Assembly: GCA_964016885.1 (NCBI GenBank)
Contig: OZ024742.1
Coordinates: 3,782,001 to 3,846,000, forward strand
DNA length: 64,000 bases
Direction: 5' to 3'
From: Eledone cirrhosa
Lineage: Eukaryota
Shown: positions 14,060 through 28,370 of the stretch, one piece after another
How the letters are laid out: every line of letters begins with the position of its first letter
How positions within the stretch are numbered: position 1 is the first letter of the stretch
Translations under genes and position numbers: made by a program
Notes under the pieces: generated by a model
What the model was told of the DNA's origin: nothing
The model's database searches: none
The model's input: the letters and a program-made list of their open reading frames with translations, nothing else

Positions 14060-14475
14060 TACTACCAACACCACCAACATCACAGCACCAACAACACCAA
14101 CATCACAGCGCCAACATCACGGCGGCGACACCACCAGCACCACAGTGACGACACCACCAACACCACCACCACCATCACGGCGACGACACCACCAACACCA
14201 CCAACACCAGAGCGACGACACCACCAACATCACAGTGCCAACATCACGGCGACGACACCACCAGCACCACAACGACGACACCACCAACACCAACATCACA
14301 GCACCAACAACACCAACATCACAGCGCCAACATCACGGCGACGACACCACCAACACTACCAACACCACCAACACCACCAACACCGCCAACATCACACCAC
14401 CAACACCACCAACACCACCAACACCACATCGCCAACACTACTAACACAAACGTCACCAACACCAAAAACAACCAG
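14060..14475. repeat. Degenerate (CAC/CAA)-rich low-complexity repeat
   Basis: Recurrent caccaccaacatcac units. Confidence 0.85.
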
Positions 14476-15212
14476 CTTGACTTAACCAATCCTAGTATTT
14501 GAACTCTGAACTAATAACCAATGAAACTTTCATTCACTGCACCGTTGCCTGGCGATTAACACCTGTTTACCTACACAAGATAACTATTTACAGGTAGGTG
14601 GACAAATACGTTGGAGAATTTTTCTCGCTTCCATATGAATAGAACACTTAAAATAGTTATGTGATTAAAAAGGACAATTTTTCACTTAGCACTCTCACAC
14701 CACATAAATCTAAATTAGTTTTAGAGCCATACTGCTATAGATAAATTAGAATTCAGTTCGTTTTATTTGAATCATCTTCACACCTTTTCCCTGTTATTTT
14801 TTTTATAATTCCACCCACATCTGTACAGCGTGAAACTCAAATTAGTAATTTCAACAGAATCAAACAAACCACACTTCGTCGCTTTCCATACCAAATTTAA
14901 ACACCCAGAGCTTGATAGCAATTTCTTGTATAATTTTTTATAATGTAATTTAAAAAAACATTTTATCTTTTCTGTTTTATTTGATTATACTTCTAAATAG
15001 AATTCCCTCTTTTAAGCCTTCGATAAAAATATTAGATTATCTAACATTAGTTTTATTTTAATGTTCACATGCATCATTCCTTACAGTATATAAAATCAGA
15101 TTTGGAAAATCTAATCATCATTCACTCTGCAAAATAGATATTGATTTGCACCCGTGATTATTGATATACTTAATTCCGTTCATGTTTTAAGTACTTGGGT
15201 GAGGCAGAGAGA

Positions 15213-15341
<129 letters not shown>

Positions 15342-17007
15342 ATTGTTGTCAGTTATGATTGAATACACGTGAAATATCAGTGACGAAACTAATTTTAAAA
15401 ATCTATTTTTCTGTCAGGAATTAAAACCAGAACCAATACATTTTAACGCAAAGACATTTCAACTTGTTTAAATTCGTTTTAATTTCCTTAAATAATTTGA
15501 TATACTAGAATATATATCGATGGATAATTTTTCAAAATAGAAGACAAAAGATAAGTTATTCGTGACACTGGCACATAGTCATTATTTCAGGATATGACGA
15601 CCCGGTTTGGGGCATGTTCCAGACACAGCTCCGGCTCAAGCTGATAATACTGGTACGTTACTCTATCCAGCGTTGGGAATCATTTGGTACAATGATTAAA
15701 ATACCAGAACACCTGACAGGTGATAGCTATTTTACAGTGGTATTGAATAATGTAGCGTTGCTTGACAATCTTTTAGAGATAGTGTCTCTCAATAAAAATA
15801 CTGGTTGCTGATGAAACTTCTACCAAACAAGTTATGCAGTGATGTGTTCGTAGATTAATCATATATTTTCGATTATGGGAGATTTCATAATTAATTAGAT
15901 TAGGGAAGAAATTTCTCGGAGAACTGTGACAAGTAGTGGGTCCGTGTCGTCTGATTTAGTCGTTTTAACATCAGCAAGCTACTTAGGAACAGGTTCATCC
16001 CTGAAGAACTGATATATGAAATGTAAGAAATGTCTATAGTAATGTGGAGTCATGAGAATGGAGTTCAAATCTGTCGACCTTTAGGGTTTGATATATGAAG
16101 ATCTAATTTGCATCTTATTCAAATTTGTGTAGGATATGAACTTATTACGCAGAGTTGTGACCCCTGCTAAGGAGTTATGTGTTGTGTCCACTGACACCAA
16201 CAATTACAACAACAACAGCTACTAAAATAAGACCAACAATTCATATTCACCATTGAAGCATAGCATTTTTAATAATTTATATATGAATCAAAATATTTAA
16301 TAAGTTGTGAAATGTGCTGCAAATCGATACACAATTAGATCTTAGAAATGAGGTAAGAGTGTTAGAGAAGAGAGAACATAAATACTTATAAATAAAGATT
16401 TACATTAATTTCGATTTAGTTGACAAATGAAATCACCTTCGGAATATAAATGAAGAAGTACTTAGGGAATTGCTGAAGGAGAATTAATGAATAGACATAT
16501 TTATTTGATTGAATTGAATATATTTGCTTGCTGATGGAAATAAAGTAAATTACATTGTTAACTAATTAACAAATATTGAGGATTGACGTTAAACTAAAGA
16601 CACTGAATACCAATAGATGAAACTGAGGTTTTATTAGAACGAAAAAGTAAGTTCGTTTTCTCTCTGTATCTTCTTTGTCATGGGAATTTTAATATACATA
16701 GGACAGTATTGATACACACACAGATACAGAAACAAACAGCCACACACTCACACACACACACACAGGCACGTGTATATATGTATATATATATATATATACA
16801 CATACATATATATAAATATATACATATATATATATGTATATTTATATTATAAGGTATCTATTTTTGAAATTCTAGTTAACTTTAACTAGTCACCTACCTA
16901 ACTATGTGTGCTTGCACACTTGTAAAAATTATCCCCTGTGATTGTTTCATATGTTTATTTATATGTTAATCAATTTCTAGTTGTTATATTTATATATATA
17001 TATATGC

Positions 17008-17042
<35 letters not shown>

Positions 17043-18031
17043 TATGTATGTATGTATCGAGCCCGATATGGCAACTTTACTGGCATTTGATTGTATAGAA
17101 ACTGAAGGATGAAAGACAAAGTTGATATCGCCGGGCGTTTATCTGAAATAACAAGAAAGAATAAAACCCATTGGGATTTGGGTACAGAAACGATTAGAAG
17201 ATACCGCGTTTAATTCTGTAAGAGATATTCTCAAGCATTATTATCTAGTCAATGTACCTTGATGTCCGAATATGTTGGATATTATAGAGAATAGCATAAA
17301 ATATATTTCCAGTTAATCTAATGTATTTTGTAAGAATTCCTTCAATAATCCAGCCCATTTCCGGTATCTTGCAACAGGGACACAGATCTATAATTTTGAA
17401 CCCTTTTCAGGGTTTTATGTTGCTGTTTTATGTTCTGCAGGCTGCGAATTGACAAAGATTTTAGAAAGTAGAACAAAATACCTTTTGGTATTCATAATGA
17501 TTTTTACTACCCGAGATCATCAGGGTGTTTGCTACCCGAGATCAACCGAGGTAAACTACATGTTAACAACAGAAAAATGATAAAAAGCAAAGTACAGATC
17601 CATCTGTAGTCTATTTGACAGGTAATCACAATGAACTACTAGGTATCAATCCACCATCTGATCTTTGTGTGGATTCCCGAATTATACCGAGTGGTGACCA
17701 GTTAAAAAAAGGTACTCAACTCGTTAGGAGATTGTAGGTATATTCATATTAATATAGAAATGTCTTCTGCGGATCTATAATTCGCACGAAATCCTCAGGT
17801 AAGTCAGGCAATCTCGTGTGGTCTGTTTGTGGTGTGTGTGTGTGTGTGTGTATGTGTGTATGTGTGCGTGTGTATGTGAGTATTTCCAAAACTTCATATT
17901 TCGCTATAGCTATATGAAATGACAATTAAGTGATGTCTTTTCCTGACATTATTTCATATAAAGTACAAGTAATGCACTGGGTAATTGCTGGCCTTGTGCC
18001 TAAAGTAGAAACAATTATTTCATATTAATGT

Positions 18032-18217
18032 GGTGGATTGGCAGTATCGGTAGAGGGTCGGGCGCTATGCTTTGACGCACAGAGTTACGGCCCTTGTCAT
18101 TCTGAGTTCGAATCCCGCCGAAGTTAACATTGCCTTTCATCCTTACGGGGTCGATAAAATAAAGTACCAGTAATGCACTGCGTAATTTTGCTGGCCTTGT
18201 GCCAAAAAGTAGAAACA
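18032..18217 (+). mobile_element. tRNA-derived SINE, full length, 18-bp TSD, preceded by a 5'-truncated copy (17960-18013)
   Basis: TSD attatttcatattaatgt at 18014-18031 and 18218-18235; A-box and B-box (gagttcgaatccc). Confidence 0.9.
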
Positions 18218-18332
18218 ATTATTTCATATTAATGTCTTGAAGTTTGGCAGTGTGACTGAAGTGTTTACTTCAAGATTACATGGAATTTGTCTTAAACTAA
18301 GATATTTTAATGTTTGTTTGTGTACCAGACTG

Positions 18333-18436
<104 letters not shown>

Positions 18437-18689
18437 GACACATACATAAATATGTATTATTCTACATATATTTTGCGCTGCGTAACATTCGTTTCATCAG
18501 CTATCGACTGAGGATCTTCCGGATTACGGCGCCTTCCGAAAATATCGTTTCCTCTAGTAGTGCCAAGGTGTATCACTGTAACCACATGTAGCACTGGGTA
18601 CAGATGGAACCAATCCACAAGTTCAGGAATTATTATAGTTACTTCTCACTTAGGATTTCTTCATTGATCTTAGTCTGAGTATTTCCCTC

Positions 18690-18860
18690 AAATGTTTCTC
18701 TCATATCGAACTCGAAGCATGCCCTGCTTCCCTCTCAATTCCTGTATCAAAGCACTACTCTTCTTTCCACGTCCAATATCAAACATGAAGGACTTATTGG
18801 ATTTACCTATCAATCCACGGTGTCCAATTTTAACTCTACACAAACCTCCTCCTACTTCTC
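18690..18860 (-). mobile_element. Possible decayed 3' end of an RLE-type (Hero/R2-group) non-LTR retrotransposon
   Basis: Minus frame reads EVCRVKIGHRGLIGKS..DIG..ALIQEL, resembling the VEVGCRG..S C-terminal motif of restriction-like endonucleases. Confidence 0.35.
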
Positions 18861-19521
18861 ACGACTCCTATTGATCATTCGGTCTCAGCTTATCCCGGCT
18901 TTATTGGCGTTAGGTGATTGAGAGTACAAGATCCCCTTTCTGGATGACACATAAATCCATTGCAGAGGTAAACTCCCCAGCTGCTGTTGGTATTCATTTT
19001 CAATTGATTATATTGGAGCAAAGTAAACTGAATGGAGTGTCTTGCTGAAGAACACAACACCCGGTCCAGTCAAAGAATCGAACACACGATGTTATGATTA
19101 TAATTTAAACACTATAACAACTAACACAAGCATTTTCCAGCAATATACTAGGAAACAAATCCTTTCTTCTCTAACCCCTTCTAATTTCCTGGTAGTTTTC
19201 TTAGTTAAAGAAATAAAACATATCACAACAAATAGTTTCATTGTGTGAGTAATAAATAGTAAGACAGAAATATTCCAGTTTTATATCAGCTTTATTATTC
19301 TCAGCAGAGGGAAATAAATATATTTATTAAATAACAACAGAAAAAAAGGAAGATACACTATGCTGTAGCTTGAAACCGAGAGAATTGAGGTGAAGCTAAG
19401 CAGTAAATTATAGTCACGTATATTAACAAGTACTCATTATTTGTATCCATATATATATTTATTGTAGATCGACTTTGCTTGGCCACAGCCTAAGCTTCGA
19501 TTGTTTTACTAAGCTTCCACT

Positions 19522-20329
<808 letters not shown>

Positions 20330-20331
<2 letters not shown>

Positions 20332-22044
20332 TAAGTACGTTAATGTAAAATCGAACCATCCTCATTCCATTATTAAATCTATCCCTAAAAATATATCCAT
20401 AAGGATCTCCCGACTGTCGTCTAATTTGCAGACCTTCAACGAGCATGCTGAATATTATAATGACGCACTTAGAAAAGCTGGTTACTGCGAGAAAATTGAA
20501 TATCTAGACGATAACCACATAAATACTATGAATAAAACACATCTAAGTCGAACTAGTATTGCACCACACACACACATCAATAGGCATACTAACAGGTGCA
20601 AACCAGCAAATAGAGTCAGACGTAGAGAGTACATATGGTATAACCCCGTGTACAATTCTTCTATTAGCACTAAGATTATCTCACAATTCTATACACTAAT
20701 CAATAAACACTTTACAACTTCACATAAATACTATAAAATCTTTAACTCGCGCACCATTAGACTCTCATACTCCACTGCACCTAACATAGAACAACTAATT
20801 AGAAAACTCAACTCAGCAATACTGAATAAGTACATCCCTAATGACTCAGCGCACCAGCATAGCAACATACAACGCACTAATACGCAGCCACAACCCCACC
20901 AAACTATCCAGGATTCTACTGCAAAACATAAAAATAGTTGTAACTGCACCAAACCAGGTACGTGCCCACTGAATAACCAGTGCCTAGCACGCAATATTGT
21001 CTACCGGTGTACAATAAATTCCGGGACCAACAAATGGTATTACGTCGGATGTACCGCAACTTCTTTCAAGGCTCGCCTATACCAACATCGATCTTCGATC
21101 AGGTACGAGAAAATGCGCTCCGTAACAACCCTCGCCGATAAAGCCTGGCAGCTTCGGAGGAACAATCAAGCGTTCTCCCTTGATTGGCAAATTATTGCAG
21201 CTGCGCCTGCATATCAGCAAAATCATCGATTCTGCAAGTTATGCAATTTAGAGATATACTGCATTTTAACGTCGGTAAACAAACTTTTGAACAGCAAAAT
21301 TGAACGTTCTCTATACTGTAACCATCGTTTGAAAATGACTTTTTCTTTTTTTAAATGCATATAATGTTACCTTTTTACACCAACGTTTGCAAATTTCTGT
21401 CTTATATGTTTATACACTAGATATGGCTTTCTATAATAATAGTACTAAACACTGTTTTTCTGGACCCCTTTAGAAATAACCTGCTACTATAATAGCCCTA
21501 ATAACTTGTCTGTGACATTGTACCACTTTGACCCCTCTAACTAAATTTTGTCCGAACAACACCACTAGAAGTATCTACTTCCCAGCCAACCTTAGCACGC
21601 CTCATTAAGCTAACTGCTGCCAAAACATTCTCTCTTCACAATCTCTACTAGTCTGACAGTCTTAAACCCTAAGACTCCCTCCACCTTACTCACTTCCCTC
21701 TTCCCCTTCTCTTCCTACCTCCTTCTTTATCTTTTATCTAGTGTATAAAATATTTTCATATCATTCTAATACAAAGGTCTGATGACATGGTGTGTTGGCT
21801 TACAGTGTACTTTCGGTTTTTGATAATATTTGTGTATTATTCAAATAGCGAGGTATAGGTAACTCATACACTATAGAAACAATTGTTACCTAATAAATTC
21901 TATATACCCGCATTTCCATTTCGTAAATTTTTTCTCCATATATTTTTTTTTTTTTTTTTTTTTTTTGTTAAATAAGACTCCATTTGCATTTTCGATTACA
22001 TCCTTTACACCTCGATTATTTTTCATTTTGTAAAAAAAAAACAC

Positions 22045-22050
<6 letters not shown>
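20330..22050 (+). mobile_element. 5'-truncated Penelope-like element (thumb plus GIY-YIG, open frame 20330-21364) with 3' pLTR and HHR
   Basis: LKYVNVKSNHP..ISRLS in frame from the TA junction; CNCTKPGTCPLNNQC, NIVY..YYVGCT..FKARL..H, CKLCNLE, LLNSKIE..CNH. Homologous to 4440-5961. Confidence 0.93.
21775..21891 (+). ncRNA. Hammerhead ribozyme (family D) with a large stem II insertion
   Basis: AGGT CTGATGA catggtgtgt..(~70 nt)..atacactata GAAA CAATTG TT ACCT AATAAA. Confidence 0.8.
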
Positions 22051-22105
<55 letters not shown>

Positions 22106-22402
22106 TAGATAGATAGATTAATCAATTTATAAGGTATCTATTTTTAAAGTTTTAGTTAAACTTTAATTAGCTACCTACCTCGCCTATGTGTGCTTTCACA
22201 CTTTTACAAATTATTCCCTGTGAATGTTTCATATGTTTATTTTAGATATATATATTAATGAATTTATATATCAATCAATTTATATATATCAATCAATTTC
22301 TAGTTGATATAAAATGCTCGGATCTATTCATTGGAATCTTGGAGCATATTCTACAGTGGATATGGCGCATGACTCTCTGACATGACACCCTTAATTTCAT
22401 TT

Positions 22403-22435
<33 letters not shown>

Positions 22436-24785
22436 TTAAGGTAAACATTGATGCAATTCAATCAAGCACTCAACGTTCTTTTTCCACATAGGAGTGACGG
22501 AGTATATATCGAATAAGAAAAAGCGAAGTAGTTTCAGATGTTAAAGTCCTTTAATGATAATGCTGTGATACATATTTCAATGACGACAGTGGCCACACCA
22601 TTTGGTGCGCCCAGTGCCGTGACATCATCAGACAGCTTCTTACATAATAAGGTTATGTTTCCGAGGCAATCCATATTGAATCGACATGGGAACGGACAAA
22701 GCGTGTGCTCTCGAATTCTTCGCCCGTTCTCTTGTGAGTCCCAATTCACCCCCACCGGTCTGCGCAGGCGCAAGTCCGAAGGAAGTTGACCATCAACTAC
22801 ACCAAAGTTCTACGAAACTCGCCTAGGCAGGTCCCCCTCTCAACCAAACAATCACCCCATCCAGGTCTGTATTATGACACGGTTATAGTTTACTGCTAGC
22901 CACCCCGCCAGTGGCAGTGGCCGAAAGCTAGTGGGGGTGGGAGAGAATGAGTTTCAATAGGTCTCAATACTATCCCTGAATTAAGTATGGACAGTAGGAT
23001 TGACCATCACCCACTAAGAGAATATATACTTATTTCTAGGTATTATGGTTTCACTGTGGAAATTATGATTGAGAGTTAGAAATTAAAACTAAAAATAAAA
23101 ATAAAAAAAATTAAAAAAAAAAATTTACCAGTTAAAATCTTCATTGAAGTAAGTAAAAAAAATAGGTACATATAATAACTAATAAATAGGGAGATATTTA
23201 AATTATAGTAAGAAGGCTCAATTATACAGATATATTATCCATATATTGAACGATAGTACCGCGCAGTAGAACGGAGGGTAAATTACAGTATGAAACGTAG
23301 TAGTTAGGCAAATACATAGTTAATATCTATATCACATGAATCAAAATAAAAAATACAAAATATAAAATACACAAAAAACACAAAAAATACATAGATGCAA
23401 AATGAGACAGGAGATATATATGTAAAATGAGATAGGAGATATATATGAGAAATATATACGAGGAAATGAGGGTATAAGTGGTTAAGATGATTGTCAATGT
23501 TGTCCATTTAAAGTGCATATAAAAATTCGTTATCTGATGAAGTGAAGGGGCTTCCATTCAAGGCCTCTGTACAAATGCAATTTGCTGCGGAAAATATGGG
23601 TTTATCGTTGCTTTTAGTTCCGCGTATTTATCCTGTCAAAAGTTAGTTTATAATGTTATGTCCGTCCAGTATCAGGGATTTCCAGTGTGTGTAATCAATC
23701 CGCATGGTAGAGGGAATTTCCGGGTGTAGCTGATGGCTGGTTCCTCTCTTCTCCACTATATCGGTTACACCATAGAGCGCTCAACGTTTTGGAGCTAAAG
23801 TCTTAAGGTAAATATTGATGCAATTCAATTCAAGCACTCAACGTTCTTTTTCCACATAGGAGTGACGGAGTATATATCGAATAAGAAAAAGCGAAGTAGT
23901 TTCAGAAAAAGCGAAGTAGTTTCCTTTAATGATAATGCTGTGATACATATTTCAATGACGACAGTGGCCACACCATTTGGTGCGCCCAGTGCCGTGACAT
24001 CATTAGACAGCTTCTTACATAATAAGGTTATGTTTCCGAGGCAATCCAAATTGAATCGACATGGGAACGGACAAAGCGTGTGCTCTTGAATTCTTCGCCT
24101 GTTCCCTTGTGAGTCCCAATTCACCCCACCAGTCTGCGCAGGCGTAATTCCGAAGGAAGTTGACCATCAACTACACCAAAGTTCTACGAAACTCGCATAG
24201 GCAGGTCCCCCTCTCAACGAAACAATCACCCCATGTCGATTCAATTTGGATTGCCTCGGAAACATAACCTTATTATGTAAGAAGCTGTCTGATGATGTCA
24301 CGGAACTGGGCGCACCGAACCGTGTGGCCACTGTCGTCATTGAAATATGTATCATGGCATTATCATTAAAGGACTTTAACATCTGAAACTACTTCGCTTT
24401 TAATTATTCGATATATACTCCGTTACTCCTATGTGAAAAAAGATCGTTGAGTGCTTGATTTGAATTGCATCAATATTTACCTTAAGAATTTAGCTCCAAA
24501 ACGTTGAGCACTCTATGGTGTAACCGATATAGTGGAGTCATATTACAGACCTGGAGGGGATGATTGTTTGGTAAGAAGGGGACATGCCTAGGCGAATTTC
24601 GTAGAACTTTGGAGTAGTTGATGATCAACTGACTTCGGACTAGCGCCTGCGCAGAGCGGTGGGTGTAAATTGGGACTCACAAGGGAACGGGCGAAGAATT
24701 CAAGAGCACACGCTTTGTCCGTTCCCATGTCGATTCAATTTGGATTGCCTCGGAAACATAACCTTATTATGTAAGGAGCTGTCTT
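22436..24785. mobile_element. HHR element family E: ~1.37-kb partial tandem (-) joined to an inverted 494-bp-period version (+)
   Basis: 22436-22860 repeats at 23803-24232; inverted copy 24231-24785 with ccatgtcgat at 24231 and 24725. HHRs at 22562-22636 (-), 23937-24011 (-, G5 mutated) and 24284-24358 (+). Confidence 0.85.
22562..22636 (-). ncRNA. Hammerhead ribozyme, family E
   Basis: GCTGT CTGATGA [~22-bp imperfect stem II] GAAA TATGTA TC ACAGC. Confidence 0.85.
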
Positions 24786-25172
24786 ATCGTTTTCAGTACG
24801 CCCGGCCGACTAACTCACTCGATATGCAAATTAGGCTGCTCAACCGATAATATACATAAGGAAAGTATATACTTTCAAACGTTCAATCGACTGACAGGAA
24901 CGTATACGGTGTTGATGACAGCTAATAAGCTAGAAATTAGTTAATCGCTACTTTGTCAGTGTTGAACAAAAGGGCAATGATGGTTGCCGAACACTATACG
25001 GCTTAATTCGGGATGTTTGTTTACAAACAAACCGAGCATTATAATGAATGTTCGGTAAATCCATACGTACGTATATATATATATATATGTGTGTGCATAT
25101 ATGTATATATATACATACTACTATACGTCTGTATACATATATGTATGTACGTATACATACTTATATATATAT
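24785..25172 (+). mobile_element. HHR element family F (degenerate HHR at 24907-24947); partial inverted copy at 25708-25895
   Basis: Colinear with the reverse complement of 51935-52325. Confidence 0.8.
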
Positions 25173-25174
25173 AT

Positions 25175-25642
25175 AAAACAAAACCTGTCAAAGGGCAAGG
25201 GAGCTCTTAAGAGTCAATAGCCATCCAAAATCACCGGGAGAGATGACCCCTTAGCCTTTGTCAAGGCAGAATTCTAGGAGAAGGAAAACTCTGATATAAC
25301 ACCTGCAACCCTGATGGTATCCAATGATGTTGACTTGTTCTTCTTTTTGGTAAATATCATCTTGGTTAAGAGAGTGGGACTGGCTTTGTGCAGTGCCTTT
25401 GCTCACTATAAAAGCTTCACAGCACAGGCATTTCTTTATATCTGGAGATCTCTCTGCACTTGTCATCACATGGTACCATGGGCCCTGCACTATGTGTCAA
25501 TAATGGTCACAAGTGTAGTCTTTGTACCAGAGTTTTCAAGTCGCTGGCTGGACTAAAAAGTTACATTCGTTCAGCGCATCGGTAGGGGTTCTCCTACATG
25601 GATATAAAGTAGTGGCCGTACTCGAAAACGAGTTGGCAGCCA

Positions 25643-25644
<2 letters not shown>
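25175..25644 (+). mobile_element. Short RTE-like LINE derivative (5'UTR-like part plus 3' end with C2H2-like remnant)
   Basis: HKCSLCTRVFKSLAGLKSYIRSAHR* at about 25503-25585 and a 3' hairpin ctcgaaaacgag. 5' part is homologous to 50995-51048. Inserted in (TA)n. Confidence 0.6.
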
Positions 25645-25711
<67 letters not shown>

Positions 25712-26339
25712 TATGTACACGTACATACATATATGTATACAGACGTACAGTAGTATGTATATATATATATACATACATGCACATATATATATATATATGT
25801 ACGTATGGAGTCACCGAAAATGTATTATAATGCTCGGTGTGTTTGTAAACAAACATCCCGTATTAAGCCGTAGTGTCCAGCAACCATCGCTGCTCGTTTA
25901 TAAGTCATAGGCATGTCTATAACTGTTCCAATATATAGGAGTTAGTCACAGGTCGCTGGCCGACAATTCTATATTTCTAAACGTTACACAACATAGTATA
26001 AAACGTTTTTTATATAAGAATTCAATATTTCATAGGATATGATGCTTCTCTTCTACACAAATACACCAGCACACAAGTCATTCACTCAGACCACACAAAC
26101 ATACACACGAGCATGCCACACATGGAAGCATATATTCATTTTTTATGGTGAAATAGCGTGTATGTATGTATGTAGGAATGGATATGCGCATGCGTGTGTA
26201 AAATGCACAAAATCTCCATATATGACACAAAGTCAGGAGATATATTTTATATCTGAAGTGTATAATTTAAATATATATATATATGAGGGTGTTAAAGTTT
26301 GCTTGAAGCATTGTGAAATATGTAAAATATGTAGTTTAG

Positions 26340-27922
26340 AAAGCCACAACAATGCAGATGGGAAATCTCGAGGTAGGAAGTGAGTGAGAAATAGGAGAAA
26401 AGTGAAAAATGAGAGAAACGAAAACAAAACAAAGTTAGAAGGGTTACCGTAGTGGAGATTTAATCCCAATATTTCGGGCTCACGTCCATCAACGGGGGGA
26501 AAGTTCCAAGAGGGGAGGAACAGGCTAAGCCGGAGAAAGTTGTTGTATTGTCGTTAAAACATAGGAATGCCGTTATGGGGAAAATTCAAACGAGGGAAAG
26601 AATGCGCGTGGCAGGCTGTGACAAAAGCTACTGACCAATTGGGTTAAATCAATAGGGTGCGCTAGCGCGTGAAAGCCGTAAAATATGTGTGTGTAAATAT
26701 ATATGTGTGTGTAACTGTGTGTGTATATGTGTATGTGTGTATGTATGTGAGTGTGTGTGTGTGTGAAAGATAGTGGGCCGTAGAAGCTGGAATTCAAAGG
26801 GTGTGAAAGGTGGTAGGTTGTATAAACATGTGTGCGTGTATAAATATAGATGTGTGTGTGTGTGTGTGTGTATGTGTATGGGTATACATATAAGTGCGTG
26901 TGTGTGAAAGATAGTAGGCCGTAGGGGCTGTTACTGGTCACTATGGTTAGATTAGCCTTGTCAGTTCATTTCTCTCAGCCCGGTTGTTAAGTGGGGGTCT
27001 GAGGTTCTTAATAACAAGTGCTTCCTTTATCCTTAAGGATCCGATGCTGCGTTCAGTCGCAAGGGTGTGCCCTATGTAAAACTTGTTACATTTATCGCAT
27101 TGAATCTTATATACGACATAGGAGCGTAGGCAATCTTCCCCCGTATCGGGCAGTTGCTGAGGGAACACGTCCCATCTGACTCGTCGGGTTTGGTGGAGAG
27201 GCATCTTCGGAGCGAAGGTCCTGTGTGGGCCAAATGTATGTCAAGTCCCTCCCTCCGTATGGCCCTGCGGATGGCGTTCGTGGTATATTCACTCAGGTGG
27301 TGGATTTTAAAGAAGCACTTGTATTTATCTAAGTTTCTAGTGGGTGTCTGTCTATTGGGTCTGGGGTCTCTAATTCCGTTAATTAGTCGCTTGGGATATC
27401 CATTAGACTTAAGTAGATTACGGAATTTCGTGGTATGGGTGAGACCACCCATCGGGTCGCTGCATCTATTAGTGATCCGTGTAAGTTCATTTAGGACATA
27501 GCCTCTCTTAGCGTTGTTGGGGAGGGCTGAGTTGTAATGCACAAATAAGTCCTTGCACGCTGCCTTGCGGTAGAAGGTGGTGTTTATGTCTCCTTCTTCC
27601 GAGATGTTGATACGGAAGTCGAGGAGGGCGAGTGACCCGTCTTCTTCAGGGTGTTCGATGGTGAAATCGACGTGATGGTCAGTGTCGTTAAAGATTTGGT
27701 GAATTTCATTCGCCATCTCCCGGGAAGAAGTGAGTATCAGTATGTCATCAACGTATCTGGAGTAGAAGGCGACGACGTTGGGTTGGCAGGTGTTGAGTGC
27801 CTTGCGTTCCAGGTGGTCCATGTACGAGATCGCAAGTATGCCGGACAGACTAGAGCCCATAGGTAGCCCAGAGATCTGTTTGTACGTGTGGCCGAGGAAA
27901 TTGAAGAAATTGAACTCAACGT
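26340..27922 (-). mobile_element. 5'-truncated Penelope-like element: RT plus internally deleted GIY-YIG (26947-27922)
   Basis: YKQISGLPMGSSLS..YMDHLE, YSRYVDD, FTIE..LALLD, FYRK; frameshift, then CLRSYVVYKIQCDKCNKFYIGHT..IKEALVIK..PPLN. Confidence 0.92.
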
Positions 27923-27966
27923 TTAAATATAAATATAAATATAATAAACTATTCAAGAAAAGTTTA

Positions 27967-28370
27967 TCCTTTCAATATCTTGAGTAAAATATACGTAAGA
28001 TAAATTTCTATACTAAATATATTAAACATATTATTTTAACTTAAAATATTCTATAATATTTTTTAATATTTTAATATTTTGATATTTGTAGAATTCCTTT
28101 GTAGAATTCTTTTGTTTTTTAAGTTATATTGATATAATATTTTATTTACTTTTTATTAGGTTTATTTTTATTCTGATAGCTTCTCATAATTTTCAAATGT
28201 TTGTCCTTTCAATATCTTGAATAAAATATACGTAAGATAAATTTCTATACTAAATCTATTAAACATATTATTTTAGCTTAAAATATTCTATAATATTTTA
28301 AGATATTTTAATATTTTGATATTTGTAGAATTCCTTTGTTTTTATGTTATATTGATATAATTATATTTCC
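27967..28370. repeat. AT-rich direct duplication, period ~237 bp
   Basis: tcctttcaatatcttga at 27967 and 28204 with colinear continuation. Confidence 0.8.

Noticed and set aside
14145-14444. Thr/Pro/His-rich mucin-like ORF
   Set aside because: Simple CAC/CAA repeat with no splice or domain support.
15590-16235. Exon-like non-repetitive block after a tttcag acceptor (SRRTV faintly TIR-like); also CTGATGA at 15809 and CTGAAGA at 16001
   Set aside because: Stops in all frames and no recognisable family; the HHR-like words lack stems.
18505-18548. CTGAGGA..GAAA motif
   Set aside because: Stem II does not pair next to the core and stem III is absent.
26466-26500. HHR at the 3' end of the minus-strand PLE
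   Set aside because: Position fits, but the core reads ccgttga; too degenerate to count.
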